A stretch of 64,000 bases of DNA from a virus (IMGVR_UViG_3300027601_000004); one strand, 5' to 3'. Positions 55,444 to 64,000 are shown, counted from the stretch's first letter. Notes: generated from the sequence alone by a model not told the origin. Made by a program: numbers and translations.

Positions 55444-56150
55444 TGGCATTCTTGTACCTATTGGTGATGACCCACATCACCATCATTTGTGTTACTTTGT
55501 TTTTACATCGAGGGCAAACTCACAGAGGTATTGACTTTCATCCAGGTCTTTCCCACTTTATGAGATTCTGGTTGTGGTTGACAACTGGTATGGTAACTAA
55601 AGAATGGGTTGCCATACATCGCAAACACCATCAGAACTCTGACAAAGAAGGTGACCCACATACCCCACATATTTTCGGTATTTGGTATATTTTATTCGCT
55701 GGTGTTTTCTGTTATGTTGAATCCTCCAAAGACAAAGAAATGATTGCTAAATATGGTGTCGGTACGCCAGACGATTGGGTCGAGAAAAATGTCTACTCTA
55801 AATTTCCATATGCTGGAATTGTGGTAATGTTAATTCTTGATTGTTTATTCTTTGGCTGGTGGGGTCTCTGGGTTTGGGGTGTTCAGATGATCTGGATTCC
55901 ATTCTGGGCTGCAGGTGTTATAAATGGTTTGGGGCACTATTATGGTTATAGAAACTATGATAGTAAGGATAAATCAACTAATATAGTTCCATGGGGGATT
56001 ATTATTGGTGGTGAAGAACTGCATAACAATCACCATGGCGAGCCAGCAAACCCAAAATTAAGTAGAAAATCATTGGAGTTTGATATCGGTTGGATGTGGT
56101 ATAGGATTTTTAATACATTAGGATTAGCAAGGGTAAAAAATGTCGACTAA
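55443..56150 (+). CDS. Membrane delta-9 acyl-lipid / acyl-CoA desaturase (DesC-like).
   Basis: Three His boxes: HRGQTHRG, HRKHHQNSDKEGDPHTPH, HNNHH. TGATG overlap with the nrdB stop. Confidence 0.75.
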   Translation: MAFLYLLVMTHITIICVTLFLHRGQTHRGIDFHPGLSHFMRFWLWLTTGMVTKEWVAIHRKHHQNSDKEGDPHTPHIFGIWYILFAGVFCYVESSKDKEMIAKYGVGTPDDWVEKNVYSKFPYAGIVVMLILDCLFFGWWGLWVWGVQMIWIPFWAAGVINGLGHYYGYRNYDSKDKSTNIVPWGIIIGGEELHNNHHGEPANPKLSRKSLEFDIGWMWYRIFNTLGLARVKNVD

Positions 56151-56289
56151 ATATTTTGAATGTGAATCATGTGGAGCACGAGGAAAGATCGTTCTCAAAG
56201 GAGATGACCATTCAACAGAAGATGTGGTATATTGCCCAGTTTGTTCTGCTGACATCTACGAAGAAGAGGATCTAGACGATGAAGAATAA
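56140..56289 (+). CDS. Small zinc-ribbon protein (49 aa; CxxC...CxxC) with an acidic tail.
   Basis: FECESCGARG ... CPVCSADIY; too short for the ORF track. Confidence 0.35.
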   Translation: MSTKYFECESCGARGKIVLKGDDHSTEDVVYCPVCSADIYEEEDLDDEE

Positions 56290-56714
56290 TGTGGCATTAT
56301 CAAAACAAAACAGTAGAATCATTACCTGAGGATTGTGTTGGGTTCGTTTATTTGATCACAAATAAAACCAACGATAGAAAATACATAGGTAAGAAGTTAG
56401 CAAAATTTTCCAAGACAACTTACAAAACAGTTAAGTTGAAAAATGGAACAAAAAAGAAAAAGAAGATTCGAGGTAAGATTGAATCTGATTGGCTAACTTA
56501 CTATGGTTCTAGCATTGAATTAAATAAAGACGTTGAGAGATTGGGTGAGGAGTCATTCACACGAGAAATTTTGTACTACTGCAAATCAAAAGCAGAGTGT
56601 TCATACATCGAAGCACGAGAGCAGTTTTTAAGGAAAGTATTAGAAACAGAAGAATATTACAACGGACAAATCTCTGTTAGAGTCCACAAATCACACATAC
56701 TACACAAACTATGA
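56289..56714 (+). CDS. Free-standing GIY-YIG homing-endonuclease-like protein (Seg-like).
   Basis: GFVYLITNKTNDRKYIGKK (GIY-YIG core); no nested host gene. Confidence 0.6.
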   Translation: MWHYQNKTVESLPEDCVGFVYLITNKTNDRKYIGKKLAKFSKTTYKTVKLKNGTKKKKKIRGKIESDWLTYYGSSIELNKDVERLGEESFTREILYYCKSKAECSYIEAREQFLRKVLETEEYYNGQISVRVHKSHILHKL

Positions 56715-57850
56715 AATACCTATTATTCATAACAGCATTGGCATTATCAGCTTGCGCAGCTTACTACTCAATTATGGGTCTGGTGGCAATTTTCGCAGCA
56801 GCTGTTATTCCTATTTTAATTATGGGTTCGTTGCTAGAAGCATCGAAACTTGTAGTAGCATCATGGCTTTATCGAACTTGGAAAGAAATTCCAGTGTTGA
56901 TGAAGACATACTTTACATTCGCTTTGGTTGTATTGATGCTATTAACTTCTATGGGAATTTTTGGTTACCTAAGTAAAGCACACTTGGACCAAGCAATCCC
57001 ATCAGGTGATGTGCAAGCAAAACTTGCACTAATAGATGAAAAAATTAAAACAGAAAAGGAAAACATAAATGCAAATCGTAAAGAACTTTCTCAACTCGAT
57101 TCTCAAGTTGATCAAACCATCGCCAGAACCACAGAAGCCAGCGGAGCAGAGCGAGCCATCTCCATCCGTAGAAACCAGCAAAAAGACAGAGCCAGAATCC
57201 TCCAAGAAATCGGCACCTCGCAAACCAAGATCGCAAAACTCAACGAAGAGCGTGCGCCAATCGCCAGCGAAGTCCGTAAAGTCGAAGCCGAAGTCGGTCC
57301 AATAAAATACATAGCAGCATTACTTTACGGTGATAATCCAGAAACGGATTTGCTTGAGAAAGCAGTCCGCTGGGTTATTATCATGATTGTTATTGTATTT
57401 GATCCACTTGCAGTTCTAATGCTAGTTGCTGCCAACTGGCAAATGCGAAAAGATGAGAGTGTAAAGTCAGTAGTAATTAAAACTGATTCAGAAGGTAATG
57501 ATGTAATTCAGTCTATAGTTCTTAAAGATAATGATGAATTAGAACCCGAACCAGATAAACCTAAGTGGTCAGATATGTTCTTTAAAAAGAGTCCATTGCC
57601 AATGGAATCTAAGAAGATTATCGAAGATTTCTTTGGTAAAAAGAAACCTGAAGAACTAGAGCCAGAACAAATGGCTGAGATGAATAAAGAAGTAGATGTT
57701 ATTATTCCAGAAACTACTCCAAAAGTAGAAGAGTATGGAACTTTTGGACAACGTGAAAAACGTATAACATTAGAATCTAATGTTGAGACAACTGATAATA
57801 TTTCTATACAACTTCCACCAGAAAAACCACCGAGAATGCCATTAAGATAA
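56711..57850 (+). CDS. Polytopic membrane protein with a central coiled coil and acidic C-terminus.
   Basis: N-terminal 3-4 TM helices, an internal TM after the coiled coil, EPEP-rich C-terminal part. Confidence 0.5.
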   Translation: MKYLLFITALALSACAAYYSIMGLVAIFAAAVIPILIMGSLLEASKLVVASWLYRTWKEIPVLMKTYFTFALVVLMLLTSMGIFGYLSKAHLDQAIPSGDVQAKLALIDEKIKTEKENINANRKELSQLDSQVDQTIARTTEASGAERAISIRRNQQKDRARILQEIGTSQTKIAKLNEERAPIASEVRKVEAEVGPIKYIAALLYGDNPETDLLEKAVRWVIIMIVIVFDPLAVLMLVAANWQMRKDESVKSVVIKTDSEGNDVIQSIVLKDNDELEPEPDKPKWSDMFFKKSPLPMESKKIIEDFFGKKKPEELEPEQMAEMNKEVDVIIPETTPKVEEYGTFGQREKRITLESNVETTDNISIQLPPEKPPRMPLR

Positions 57851-57942
57851 ATTTCTTATTGCGAAAACCCCTCAAATGCCTAAATAATAGGTTACCATGA
57901 GTAGTTGTTGAGATCATAAAACAATTAAAATAAAGGTTTAAA

Positions 57943-58416
57943 ATGACTAAAAAGATCGCTACAGCGGTGCTTTTTGTCATGGTTTTGTCCCCAGCGATGG
58001 CTGATCCCATCGTCACTGATTCGACAAGTAGATCTACCACAGATTCAACTTCAAATAGCACCACAACAGTAAAATCACCACCTCCAACAGCGGTGGCTCC
58101 AGCAGTCACAGTTATCAATTCAGACGTTTGCGCAGTAGGTGTATCTGGCGCAGCACAAACACAAATTCTTGGTATCTCCTTTGGAGCAACTATGGTTGAC
58201 AAGAATTGCGAAAGATTAAAATTAGCTCGTTCCATGTATGATATGGGTATGAAGGTAGCAGCAGTTTCTACACTATGCCAAGATGAGCGAGTATTTACAG
58301 CAATGATGAATGCAGGAACTCCATGTCCTGTTGATGGGAAAATTGGCGAGCAAGCTAAGAAAATCTGGGAAGATAATCCAGACAGAGTTCCACAAAAAGT
58401 CAAGAGTAAAGACTAA
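57943..58416 (+). CDS. Secreted Ser/Thr-rich Cys-containing protein (157 aa).
   Basis: Signal peptide MTKKIATAVLFVMVLSPAMA; a CTAAATA sequence 50 nt upstream. Confidence 0.5.
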   Translation: MTKKIATAVLFVMVLSPAMADPIVTDSTSRSTTDSTSNSTTTVKSPPPTAVAPAVTVINSDVCAVGVSGAAQTQILGISFGATMVDKNCERLKLARSMYDMGMKVAAVSTLCQDERVFTAMMNAGTPCPVDGKIGEQAKKIWEDNPDRVPQKVKSKD

Positions 58417-60212
58417 TGAGATTTTGGGGTTTAGTGATTTTAGTTTTTTGCTTGGCTCTATTTGCGCCAAGAGCTAAAGCACAAGTTCAAATCCCTGGAA
58501 CAGATTTTACCTTAACACCAGTTAATGGTGGAACAGGTGGTTTAGTATCAGTACCAATTCCAGGTGGTGCTGGTTTGTCAGTTACAGTTGGAACTGGGTC
58601 AGCAGCACTTCCATTACAAGATATTAAAAACAATCCCAATGCTGTAAATATCTCAACATGGGATGACTGGTATAATGAAGTTCCACTTGGATTCACATTT
58701 CCATTCTACGGACAAAACTTCAACAACTCTTGGGCGATGACCAATGGTTTAGTTACATTCCAAAACCCAGCAACATCTGGTCTCTATGGCGCATGCTGCG
58801 AAGGTGTTGATTTACGAACCACAAGAGATTCAAGATACAACTATACCATCTATGGTTTGCATACTGATTTATATTCGTGGACTAATAATCAATATTATCT
58901 TCGTGGCACAAACGAAATGACTTATGGGTGGTATAACTCAAGTCAATGCTGTTCTTCTGCTGGTGGAAATAGTTTTGAAATTAAAATTAACTCATCTGGT
59001 TTAATAGACACTAGAATTGCTGGTGCTATGGTGAGTTGGAACAGAGTTACATCTGGTATGGCTGGCGATTTATCAAAGGGTGAGTATTTTCAAGCATATC
59101 ATGGACAAGGTATAAACATTACTCCTGGGAGTTCAGGTATTTTTAGTTGGCAAGCATTAAGTGGCACTGGTGCTGTTGATATGTGTTTAACGAACCCACT
59201 ATCTTCTCCATCATGTCCAGGTTATGCAGCTGCGTATTTAACTCAACAGTGTTCAATAAGTGCTTTGTACGATCCATCATGTCCAGGTTATGCAGCTGCA
59301 TATTTTACTCAACAATGTACTGCTAATCCACTATTTGATGTTAACTGTCCAGGTTATGCATCAGCGTATCTTAACTATCAGTGTTCAATAAACTCTCTGT
59401 ATTCTACAACTTGTCCTGGATATGAGCAAGCATACTTTAATCAACAATGTTCATTGAATGGATTATACAGTCAGCAATGTCCAAATTACGCAACTGCATA
59501 TGCTACAAAAATGTTACTTGAACAACAAAACATGGCATCAACAGTAGCTACTGCTGGTGTTATAGCAAGAAACGATCCTTCAAATACACAACCATCAACT
59601 ACAACTGCTTCTGCTACAGTAAGTTCAGATGGATCGGTTGCAGTTGGTGTTTCAAGAACAGGTGATAGTAACGTGGATAGAGTTATTGCTGCACCCGCAC
59701 CAACAACAAACTCTGCAGCTGCACCGAGTGCTCCAGTACAATTAGCACCACCTCCACCTGCGCCAGCTGCTCCACAACAACAAGCACAGCAAGAAAGAAA
59801 ACCAGAAAACAAACCCGAAGCTGGAGAAAAGACAGCTGCTCCACAGACTCAACAAGCACAAGGTGGTAATGAAAAACCAGCAGCACCAAATGCTAGACAA
59901 GCATTACAAGAAAGAAGACAAGCAGCAGCAAGAGCAGAAGCTGTAGAAAAAGGTAAGAACCTCGCAAATGAAATGGGTAAAGTAGCAGACATGGAATCTC
60001 AAAAGCAGATTCAGAATGTTGTGATTCAAGCAATGGGATTTACTCCTGGATTTGATTCTTATAGCAAAGCAATGATCCCAGATGGAGTTGGTTATAGACC
60101 ATATACAGTTTATGGGAACCAACGAACTGTGGATAATCGTAGTGCTTTAAGAATGTTTGGTGGATCAGATAGAGTCCACAATGAAATGGTGGAGAGTCAA
60201 TACGCAAAATAA
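58416..60212 (+). CDS. Secreted 598-aa protein with eight tandem ~20-aa CPGYAxAYxxQQCSxxxLY repeats and a Pro/Ala/Gln-rich linker.
   Basis: Signal peptide ...PRAKA; repeats span about aa 268-370; linker APAPTTNSAAAPSAPVQLAPPPPAPAAPQQQAQQ. Confidence 0.55.
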   Translation: MRFWGLVILVFCLALFAPRAKAQVQIPGTDFTLTPVNGGTGGLVSVPIPGGAGLSVTVGTGSAALPLQDIKNNPNAVNISTWDDWYNEVPLGFTFPFYGQNFNNSWAMTNGLVTFQNPATSGLYGACCEGVDLRTTRDSRYNYTIYGLHTDLYSWTNNQYYLRGTNEMTYGWYNSSQCCSSAGGNSFEIKINSSGLIDTRIAGAMVSWNRVTSGMAGDLSKGEYFQAYHGQGINITPGSSGIFSWQALSGTGAVDMCLTNPLSSPSCPGYAAAYLTQQCSISALYDPSCPGYAAAYFTQQCTANPLFDVNCPGYASAYLNYQCSINSLYSTTCPGYEQAYFNQQCSLNGLYSQQCPNYATAYATKMLLEQQNMASTVATAGVIARNDPSNTQPSTTTASATVSSDGSVAVGVSRTGDSNVDRVIAAPAPTTNSAAAPSAPVQLAPPPPAPAAPQQQAQQERKPENKPEAGEKTAAPQTQQAQGGNEKPAAPNARQALQERRQAAARAEAVEKGKNLANEMGKVADMESQKQIQNVVIQAMGFTPGFDSYSKAMIPDGVGYRPYTVYGNQRTVDNRSALRMFGGSDRVHNEMVESQYAK

Positions 60213-60255
60213 TTAATATCAACTCGGAACCTACGGAAATTTAAAGGATATTAAA

Positions 60256-60852
60256 ATGTCAGAAGAAATTAAAGATGTCAATAAAAAGATTGACGAAGCA
60301 GAAGCAGCAGTAAAGAAGTATGCTAGTAAAGATACGGTTATCAGTATTGGTGGATATGAATTTACACCAGCCAAACTGATGGTTGCATTTACATTAGTGT
60401 CTTCATTGCTTGGTGGTCTTTATGGTACGTTTGAAGTCTATAAAGACTACATGAGTATGAAAAAGAAAATTGCTGAGTACGTAACACCTGACTTAACTGA
60501 ACTCTATAAAAAGATGGAAGTGTTAGATGCAAATACTAGCAAGATGACTGAATACACAAACAACATTAAAAACGACTTAAAGAACGATGTTCGTAGAGTT
60601 GAGGGTGTTGTTGAAAACTTAGAGAGATCTACAAAGGCTAGTCTAAGAGATACTGATATTGCTATTAAAGAAATTAAAAAAGACTCTGATTCTACATTGA
60701 AAGAAGTTCGTAGATATAGTGACCAGAGCGTAAAAGAAGTGACACAAGAATTAGTAAAAAATCAAAAAGAAACAACAGCGGAAATCCGTGCGTTGAGAAA
60801 CGAAGTGGACATGAAGATTAAGAAAGCATTGGATAATCCTCTGTCTCAATAA
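60256..60852 (+). CDS. Single-TM coiled-coil protein; tandem paralog A.
   Basis: Shares the ASKDTVISIGGYEFTPAKLMVAFT...KDY..MKKKIAEYV core with the next gene. Confidence 0.5.
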   Translation: MSEEIKDVNKKIDEAEAAVKKYASKDTVISIGGYEFTPAKLMVAFTLVSSLLGGLYGTFEVYKDYMSMKKKIAEYVTPDLTELYKKMEVLDANTSKMTEYTNNIKNDLKNDVRRVEGVVENLERSTKASLRDTDIAIKEIKKDSDSTLKEVRRYSDQSVKEVTQELVKNQKETTAEIRALRNEVDMKIKKALDNPLSQ

Positions 60853-60863
60853 GGGAAAAGGAA

Positions 60864-61340
60864 ATGACAGAGAAAGTGGACCTAAATAAGAAAGTAGACG
60901 ACCTAGAAGCTGCAGCTAAAAAGTTTGCCAGCAAAGATACAGTAATTTCTATCGGCGGATATGAGTTTACGCCAGCCAAACTGATGGTAGCGTTTACGAT
61001 TGTATCATCTACACTAGGTGGTCTTTATGGAGCATTTGAAGTCTATAAAGATTATCAAGGCATGAAGAAAAAGATTGCGGAATATGTTTCCCCTGATCTA
61101 TCTGAATTGAATAAGAAGATGGAACTCACTATGCAAAATAGTGAGAAAGCTGTTCAATATACTCAAGATATTAAGAACGACCTAAAGCAAGATATTCGTA
61201 GACTTGAAAAGGTTGTTGAAACTGTCGAGCGTGATGGTAAGCAACTTAATCGTGAAGTCGATCAAGACATGCGCCAAATTCGTAAAGAAATAGATAGTAA
61301 GATACAGAAAGCATTGGACAACCCATTGGCTGGAAAATAA
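60864..61340 (+). CDS. Single-TM coiled-coil protein; tandem paralog B.
   Basis: About 60% identity to the previous gene over the N-terminal 100 aa. Confidence 0.5.
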   Translation: MTEKVDLNKKVDDLEAAAKKFASKDTVISIGGYEFTPAKLMVAFTIVSSTLGGLYGAFEVYKDYQGMKKKIAEYVSPDLSELNKKMELTMQNSEKAVQYTQDIKNDLKQDIRRLEKVVETVERDGKQLNREVDQDMRQIRKEIDSKIQKALDNPLAGK

Positions 61341-61361
61341 TAACTACAAGAGAGTAATGGT

Positions 61362-61631
61362 ATGAATGATAAACATCTACTGTGGCTAATAGGAGTTTTG
61401 TTACTGATCCCTATTGCGTTTGCAATAGTAAGTAAAGAATCATTCCGTTACCCATGTCAAGACCCATCTAATTGGGATAAGGAAATCTGTAAGTTGCCAC
61501 TATGCGACGTTAACAGAACTTGTCCAGAACACATTTTTAAAGGGCAGAGAGATCCAAGACTCGGTCCACCAAAAGATGGTGAAGTTGCTAGACCAGCAGC
61601 TGCATCAACAACTACAGGAGCATGCAAATGA
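61362..61631 (+). CDS. Small secreted Cys-rich protein (89 aa).
   Basis: Signal peptide; 6 Cys. Confidence 0.45.
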   Translation: MNDKHLLWLIGVLLLIPIAFAIVSKESFRYPCQDPSNWDKEICKLPLCDVNRTCPEHIFKGQRDPRLGPPKDGEVARPAAASTTTGACK

Positions 61632-62062
61632 GCGAACCAGTTATGTATACAGAAGAGCAGTTAATGGCTCGTCTGAAGTTCTTCATCGGTATCTGTTTAT
61701 CATTTACCCTTGTTGGAATTGTTTTCGTTGTTCTTTATTCAATTATCTTTGTTACTCAACCATTGAACGCTATTAGTCCTATCGACCAGAAGTTCTTTGA
61801 GTTAATTATTCCTATCGCAACATTCTTGACTGGTACTCTATCAGGAATTATGTTGGCAGGTGGAGATAAAGATGCACAGAAGAAAGCACTCGAAGCAGCA
61901 ACTTCTGGCTGGAATAAACCAACAACTCCAGCACCAACTCCAATGAGTTCACCGATGGGTATGCCACCAAGACCAATGGGTATGCCACCAATGCCAATGT
62001 CTACACAATCATATAATCTTGAGCCAGGAGATCCTGTAGCAAGAAATACAAGAAACGACTAA
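61622..62062 (+). CDS. Membrane protein with a Pro/Met-rich C-terminus (PMGMPPRPMGMPPMPM).
   Basis: Two TM helices; low-complexity tail. Confidence 0.45.
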   Translation: MQMSEPVMYTEEQLMARLKFFIGICLSFTLVGIVFVVLYSIIFVTQPLNAISPIDQKFFELIIPIATFLTGTLSGIMLAGGDKDAQKKALEAATSGWNKPTTPAPTPMSSPMGMPPRPMGMPPMPMSTQSYNLEPGDPVARNTRND

Positions 62063-62066
62063 TATC

Positions 62067-62297
62067 ATGAATTGGTTAAGAAGCATGGTATCTGATGGCC
62101 ATAATGGAACTGTCAGCAGCAAACGAGTTGTAACACTATTAGCGTTTTTGTTATGTGCTTATGGGTTCGTTGCTGACATCCAAGGGTATAAGGTAACGCC
62201 AGCTTTATTCGATTCAATGATTTATCTTGTGATAGCAGGACTGGGATTCACAGCTTCTGAAAAATTCGCAAGAAAAGACAATGATAAATCCAATTGA
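62067..62297 (+). CDS. Small two-TM membrane protein (76 aa).
   Basis: ORF. Confidence 0.4.
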   Translation: MNWLRSMVSDGHNGTVSSKRVVTLLAFLLCAYGFVADIQGYKVTPALFDSMIYLVIAGLGFTASEKFARKDNDKSN

Positions 62298-62400
62298 TCT
62301 TTGGGTTTGGTATTTTCTACAAATATGGTTTCTTCCATATCGTCTAGCAGGTGGTAGCGTTGATACAGCCTGCAAACCCTCAAATTTAACTTCAAAATAA

Positions 62401-62450
62401 CCCTACAAACTGTAGGGTCTTCCCAACCCCTCTCTAGTAGAGGGGTTTTT
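62401..62450 (+). terminator. Tandem hairpin pair, the second followed by a T-run (CCCTAC-aaact-GTAGGG; CCCCTCT-ctagt-AGAGGGG-TTTTT).
   Basis: Third copy of the two-hairpin element; here the second hairpin has a clear U-tail. Confidence 0.75.
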
Positions 62451-62476
62451 GCGTTGTAAATTTGCAAAACTGGGGG

Positions 62477-62505
62477 TTTACAATAATTCAAAATGGCTGT
62501 ATAAT
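62477..62505 (+). promoter_or_regulatory. T4-type early promoter GTTTACA-17-TATAAT with the conserved TTTACAATAATTCA block.
   Basis: Exact spacing; the downstream leader is duplicated from 23641-23673. Confidence 0.7.
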
Positions 62506-62535
62506 AGTCTTATGATGATTGAAAAAGGAAACAAA

Positions 62536-62808
62536 ATGTTGAATGTGAATGTTGGTGATGTGATCCGTGCTTATGACTTCAAACCGATGGTTGGTCGTGA
62601 AGACTGTTTCGTTGAAGGTGTTGTTGAACAAGTTAAGAACACTGAGCAAGGTTACTTTGCTTACAAAATTACTGCTACCAAAGATGTGTTCGGTGGCGAG
62701 ATTCAAAAGAAAGGTAAGCACTCTCGTGTTGGCAAAATTGTTTTCGTACCCCATGAAGTTTCTTTCATGGAATATGCTGGTCGTGTGATCAACTTGTCGA
62801 GGATTTAA
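62536..62808 (+). CDS. Hypothetical protein (90 aa).
   Basis: AAAAAGGAAAC RBS identical to that of the gene at 23674. Confidence 0.5.
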   Translation: MLNVNVGDVIRAYDFKPMVGREDCFVEGVVEQVKNTEQGYFAYKITATKDVFGGEIQKKGKHSRVGKIVFVPHEVSFMEYAGRVINLSRI

Positions 62809-62810
62809 TT

Positions 62811-62969
62811 ATGATTAGGTTTTTTATTGGTCTCTTAATTATTTTCGGTGTTTCTGGTGGTCTTGACAATGCTAGTGATGCTGATTTACCTTACCTACTT
62901 CTGGCTTGTGCTGGTGGATTTTTGCTGATGATTATCGGTTCTCAATCAATGGAGCGAAAAAATGATTGA
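62811..62969 (+). CDS. Small membrane protein (52 aa).
   Basis: GAGGA RBS; two hydrophobic segments. Confidence 0.3.
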   Translation: MIRFFIGLLIIFGVSGGLDNASDADLPYLLLACAGGFLLMIIGSQSMERKND

Positions 62970-63096
62970 TCTAAATAAACTCACCCCAGAAGAAATCGAA
63001 GAACTGGAAAATTTGGAACTGCAAAAGCAATATGAGTTTATGTCTTATGCAGATGAATGTGCAAATGATGATGCGCAATATTATGGAGAACATTAA
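62962..63096 (+). CDS. Small acidic protein (44 aa).
   Basis: GGAG RBS; overlaps the previous stop. Confidence 0.25.
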   Translation: MIDLNKLTPEEIEELENLELQKQYEFMSYADECANDDAQYYGEH

Positions 63097-63097
63097 T

Positions 63098-63331
63098 ATG
63101 AATACAATTGAATATCGTGGTCAAACTTTTGATCGTAGTCATGGTAGCCCATTTGATCGTGGTGCTGCTGATAGCTGGTATAGTCGTCCGCAAGACCCGC
63201 ACTGGTATCCTGAGGGATCCTATCGTGGCGATCGAGTTGAACCTAAAGACATGAGTATTGCTGAGATGCGTGCTTATTTTATGGGTTATGAATATAATGA
63301 ACAGTTTGGTGGCAAAAAAGATTATGCGTGA
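63098..63331 (+). CDS. Hypothetical protein (77 aa).
   Basis: GGAGAAC RBS; ATG 2 nt after the upstream stop. Confidence 0.4.
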   Translation: MNTIEYRGQTFDRSHGSPFDRGAADSWYSRPQDPHWYPEGSYRGDRVEPKDMSIAEMRAYFMGYEYNEQFGGKKDYA

Positions 63332-63522
63332 TTTGGTTTTTTACATTATACAACCTGCGATTATTATCTTCGCCATTGTTGTGTTTGTTTCAGGTTTCTT
63401 TTAAGAAAAGTCTTTGTGGAGGAATATCCTTGGTAGACTTTAAACAGCCAAAACAGCATCTGAGTGTTTACTACTATCAACTATGCCAAAGAAAGTAGTA
63501 CTAATTTTGAAAAGGAGTTGTT

Positions 63523-63729
63523 ATGTTAGCATATTGTGACTATATCGCTAAAGTTATTAGCGAAGCAATGAAGAAAGATGCGGATAAGTATAGTTCTTAC
63601 ATTGATAATGTTGGAAAGACGCAATGGGATTTAGATCCACAAGGAAAGTTTTTATCTACTCGCAAGACTATGTCTGTGATTGATAGAAATGGTAAAGCGT
63701 ATCGTGTGACAGTAGAGGAAGTTAAATGA
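63523..63729 (+). CDS. Hypothetical (68 aa).
   Basis: AAAGGAG RBS. Confidence 0.4.
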   Translation: MLAYCDYIAKVISEAMKKDADKYSSYIDNVGKTQWDLDPQGKFLSTRKTMSVIDRNGKAYRVTVEEVK

Positions 63730-63941
63730 CAGAATTTTTGAAGTGGTTAGGAACTGCGTTGACTATTGCTGGCGCAGTTGCAACTTCATTGGCTATGGAT
63801 CCATTGAACGTGTATCTGTTTAATGCTGGTGCAATTACTTGGCTTGCTGCTGCAATAAGGATGAAAGAGAAAAGTCTTATTGTAGTCAATGCTGGGTTGT
63901 TGGCTGTATACATCTTTGGAGTTATCTACAGACTGCAATAA
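63726..63941 (+). CDS. Small three-helix membrane protein (71 aa).
   Basis: ATGA overlap; hydrophobic. Confidence 0.4.
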   Translation: MTEFLKWLGTALTIAGAVATSLAMDPLNVYLFNAGAITWLAAAIRMKEKSLIVVNAGLLAVYIFGVIYRLQ

Positions 63942-63950
63942 TAAAATAAG

Positions 63951-63979
63951 TTGACATTAAAATGAAAGTAGTGTATAAT
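63951..63979 (+). promoter_or_regulatory. Perfect sigma70 consensus promoter TTGACA-17-TATAAT.
   Basis: Both hexamers are consensus with a 17-nt spacer, at the end of the window. Confidence 0.7.
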
Positions 63980-64000
63980 TCAATTAAACCTAGAAATCCT

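Noticed and set aside
1-64000. CRISPR arrays, transposases, integrases or prophage boundaries
   Set aside because: No direct-repeat/spacer arrays, no DDE or tyrosine-recombinase motifs. The window is uniformly phage-like on a single strand, consistent with an internal segment of a lytic T4-like genome.

Overview
This 64 kb window reads as a contiguous block of a T4-like myovirus genome, AT-rich, with every supported gene on the + strand. The gene order gp21-gp22-gp23-gp3-like-uvsY-uvsW-gp55-...-gp47-gp46-...-gp45-gp44-gp62-regA-...-gp43-uvsX-gp41, together with cobS/cobT, hsp20, mazG, thyX, a delta-9 lipid desaturase, an SPFH lipoprotein and several 2OG-Fe(II) oxygenases, points to a marine cyanophage- or pelagiphage-like T4 relative. 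That lineage assignment is inference from gene content and synteny. Core calls rest on strong motif-level similarity to T4 proteins that I can see directly in the translations (prohead protease, major capsid, Mre11/Rad50-like gp47/gp46, sliding clamp and clamp loader, RegA, family B DNA polymerase, UvsX, gp41 helicase, gp61 primase, ThyX, NrdA/NrdB, ATP-dependent DNA ligase). Transcription signals include at least seven host-type early promoters with TTTACA/TTGACA at -35, an exact 17-nt spacer and TATAAT at -10, T4-type late TATAAATA/CTAAATA boxes, and several rho-independent terminators. I found no tRNA, no CRISPR, no transposase, and no intron or intein interrupting pol, nrdA or nrdB. The regions that look most unusual are: (i) 34.8-39.2 kb, a 2OG-Fe(II) dioxygenase with an HxD...H...RxS triad (TET/JBP-like candidate), followed by a possible glycosyltransferase, an NT5C-like nucleotidase and an HExxH protein, which I read as a candidate DNA base hypermodification module; (ii) 39.2-48.5 kb, four tandem paralogous His/Lys-rich proteins, two of them carrying an intact HIGH-type nucleotidyltransferase signature, followed by a Dps/ferritin-like protein and an 809-aa polylysine protein with periodic EEVExEE motifs and a C-terminal AT-hook; (iii) a repeated early-promoter plus tandem-hairpin cassette, two copies of which share a near-identical leader; (iv) a GC-rich structured noncoding stretch at 21.83-22.04 kb; (v) an island at 56.7-62.3 kb encoding secreted and membrane proteins, including a protein with eight 20-aa CPGY...QQC repeats and a tandem paralog pair.
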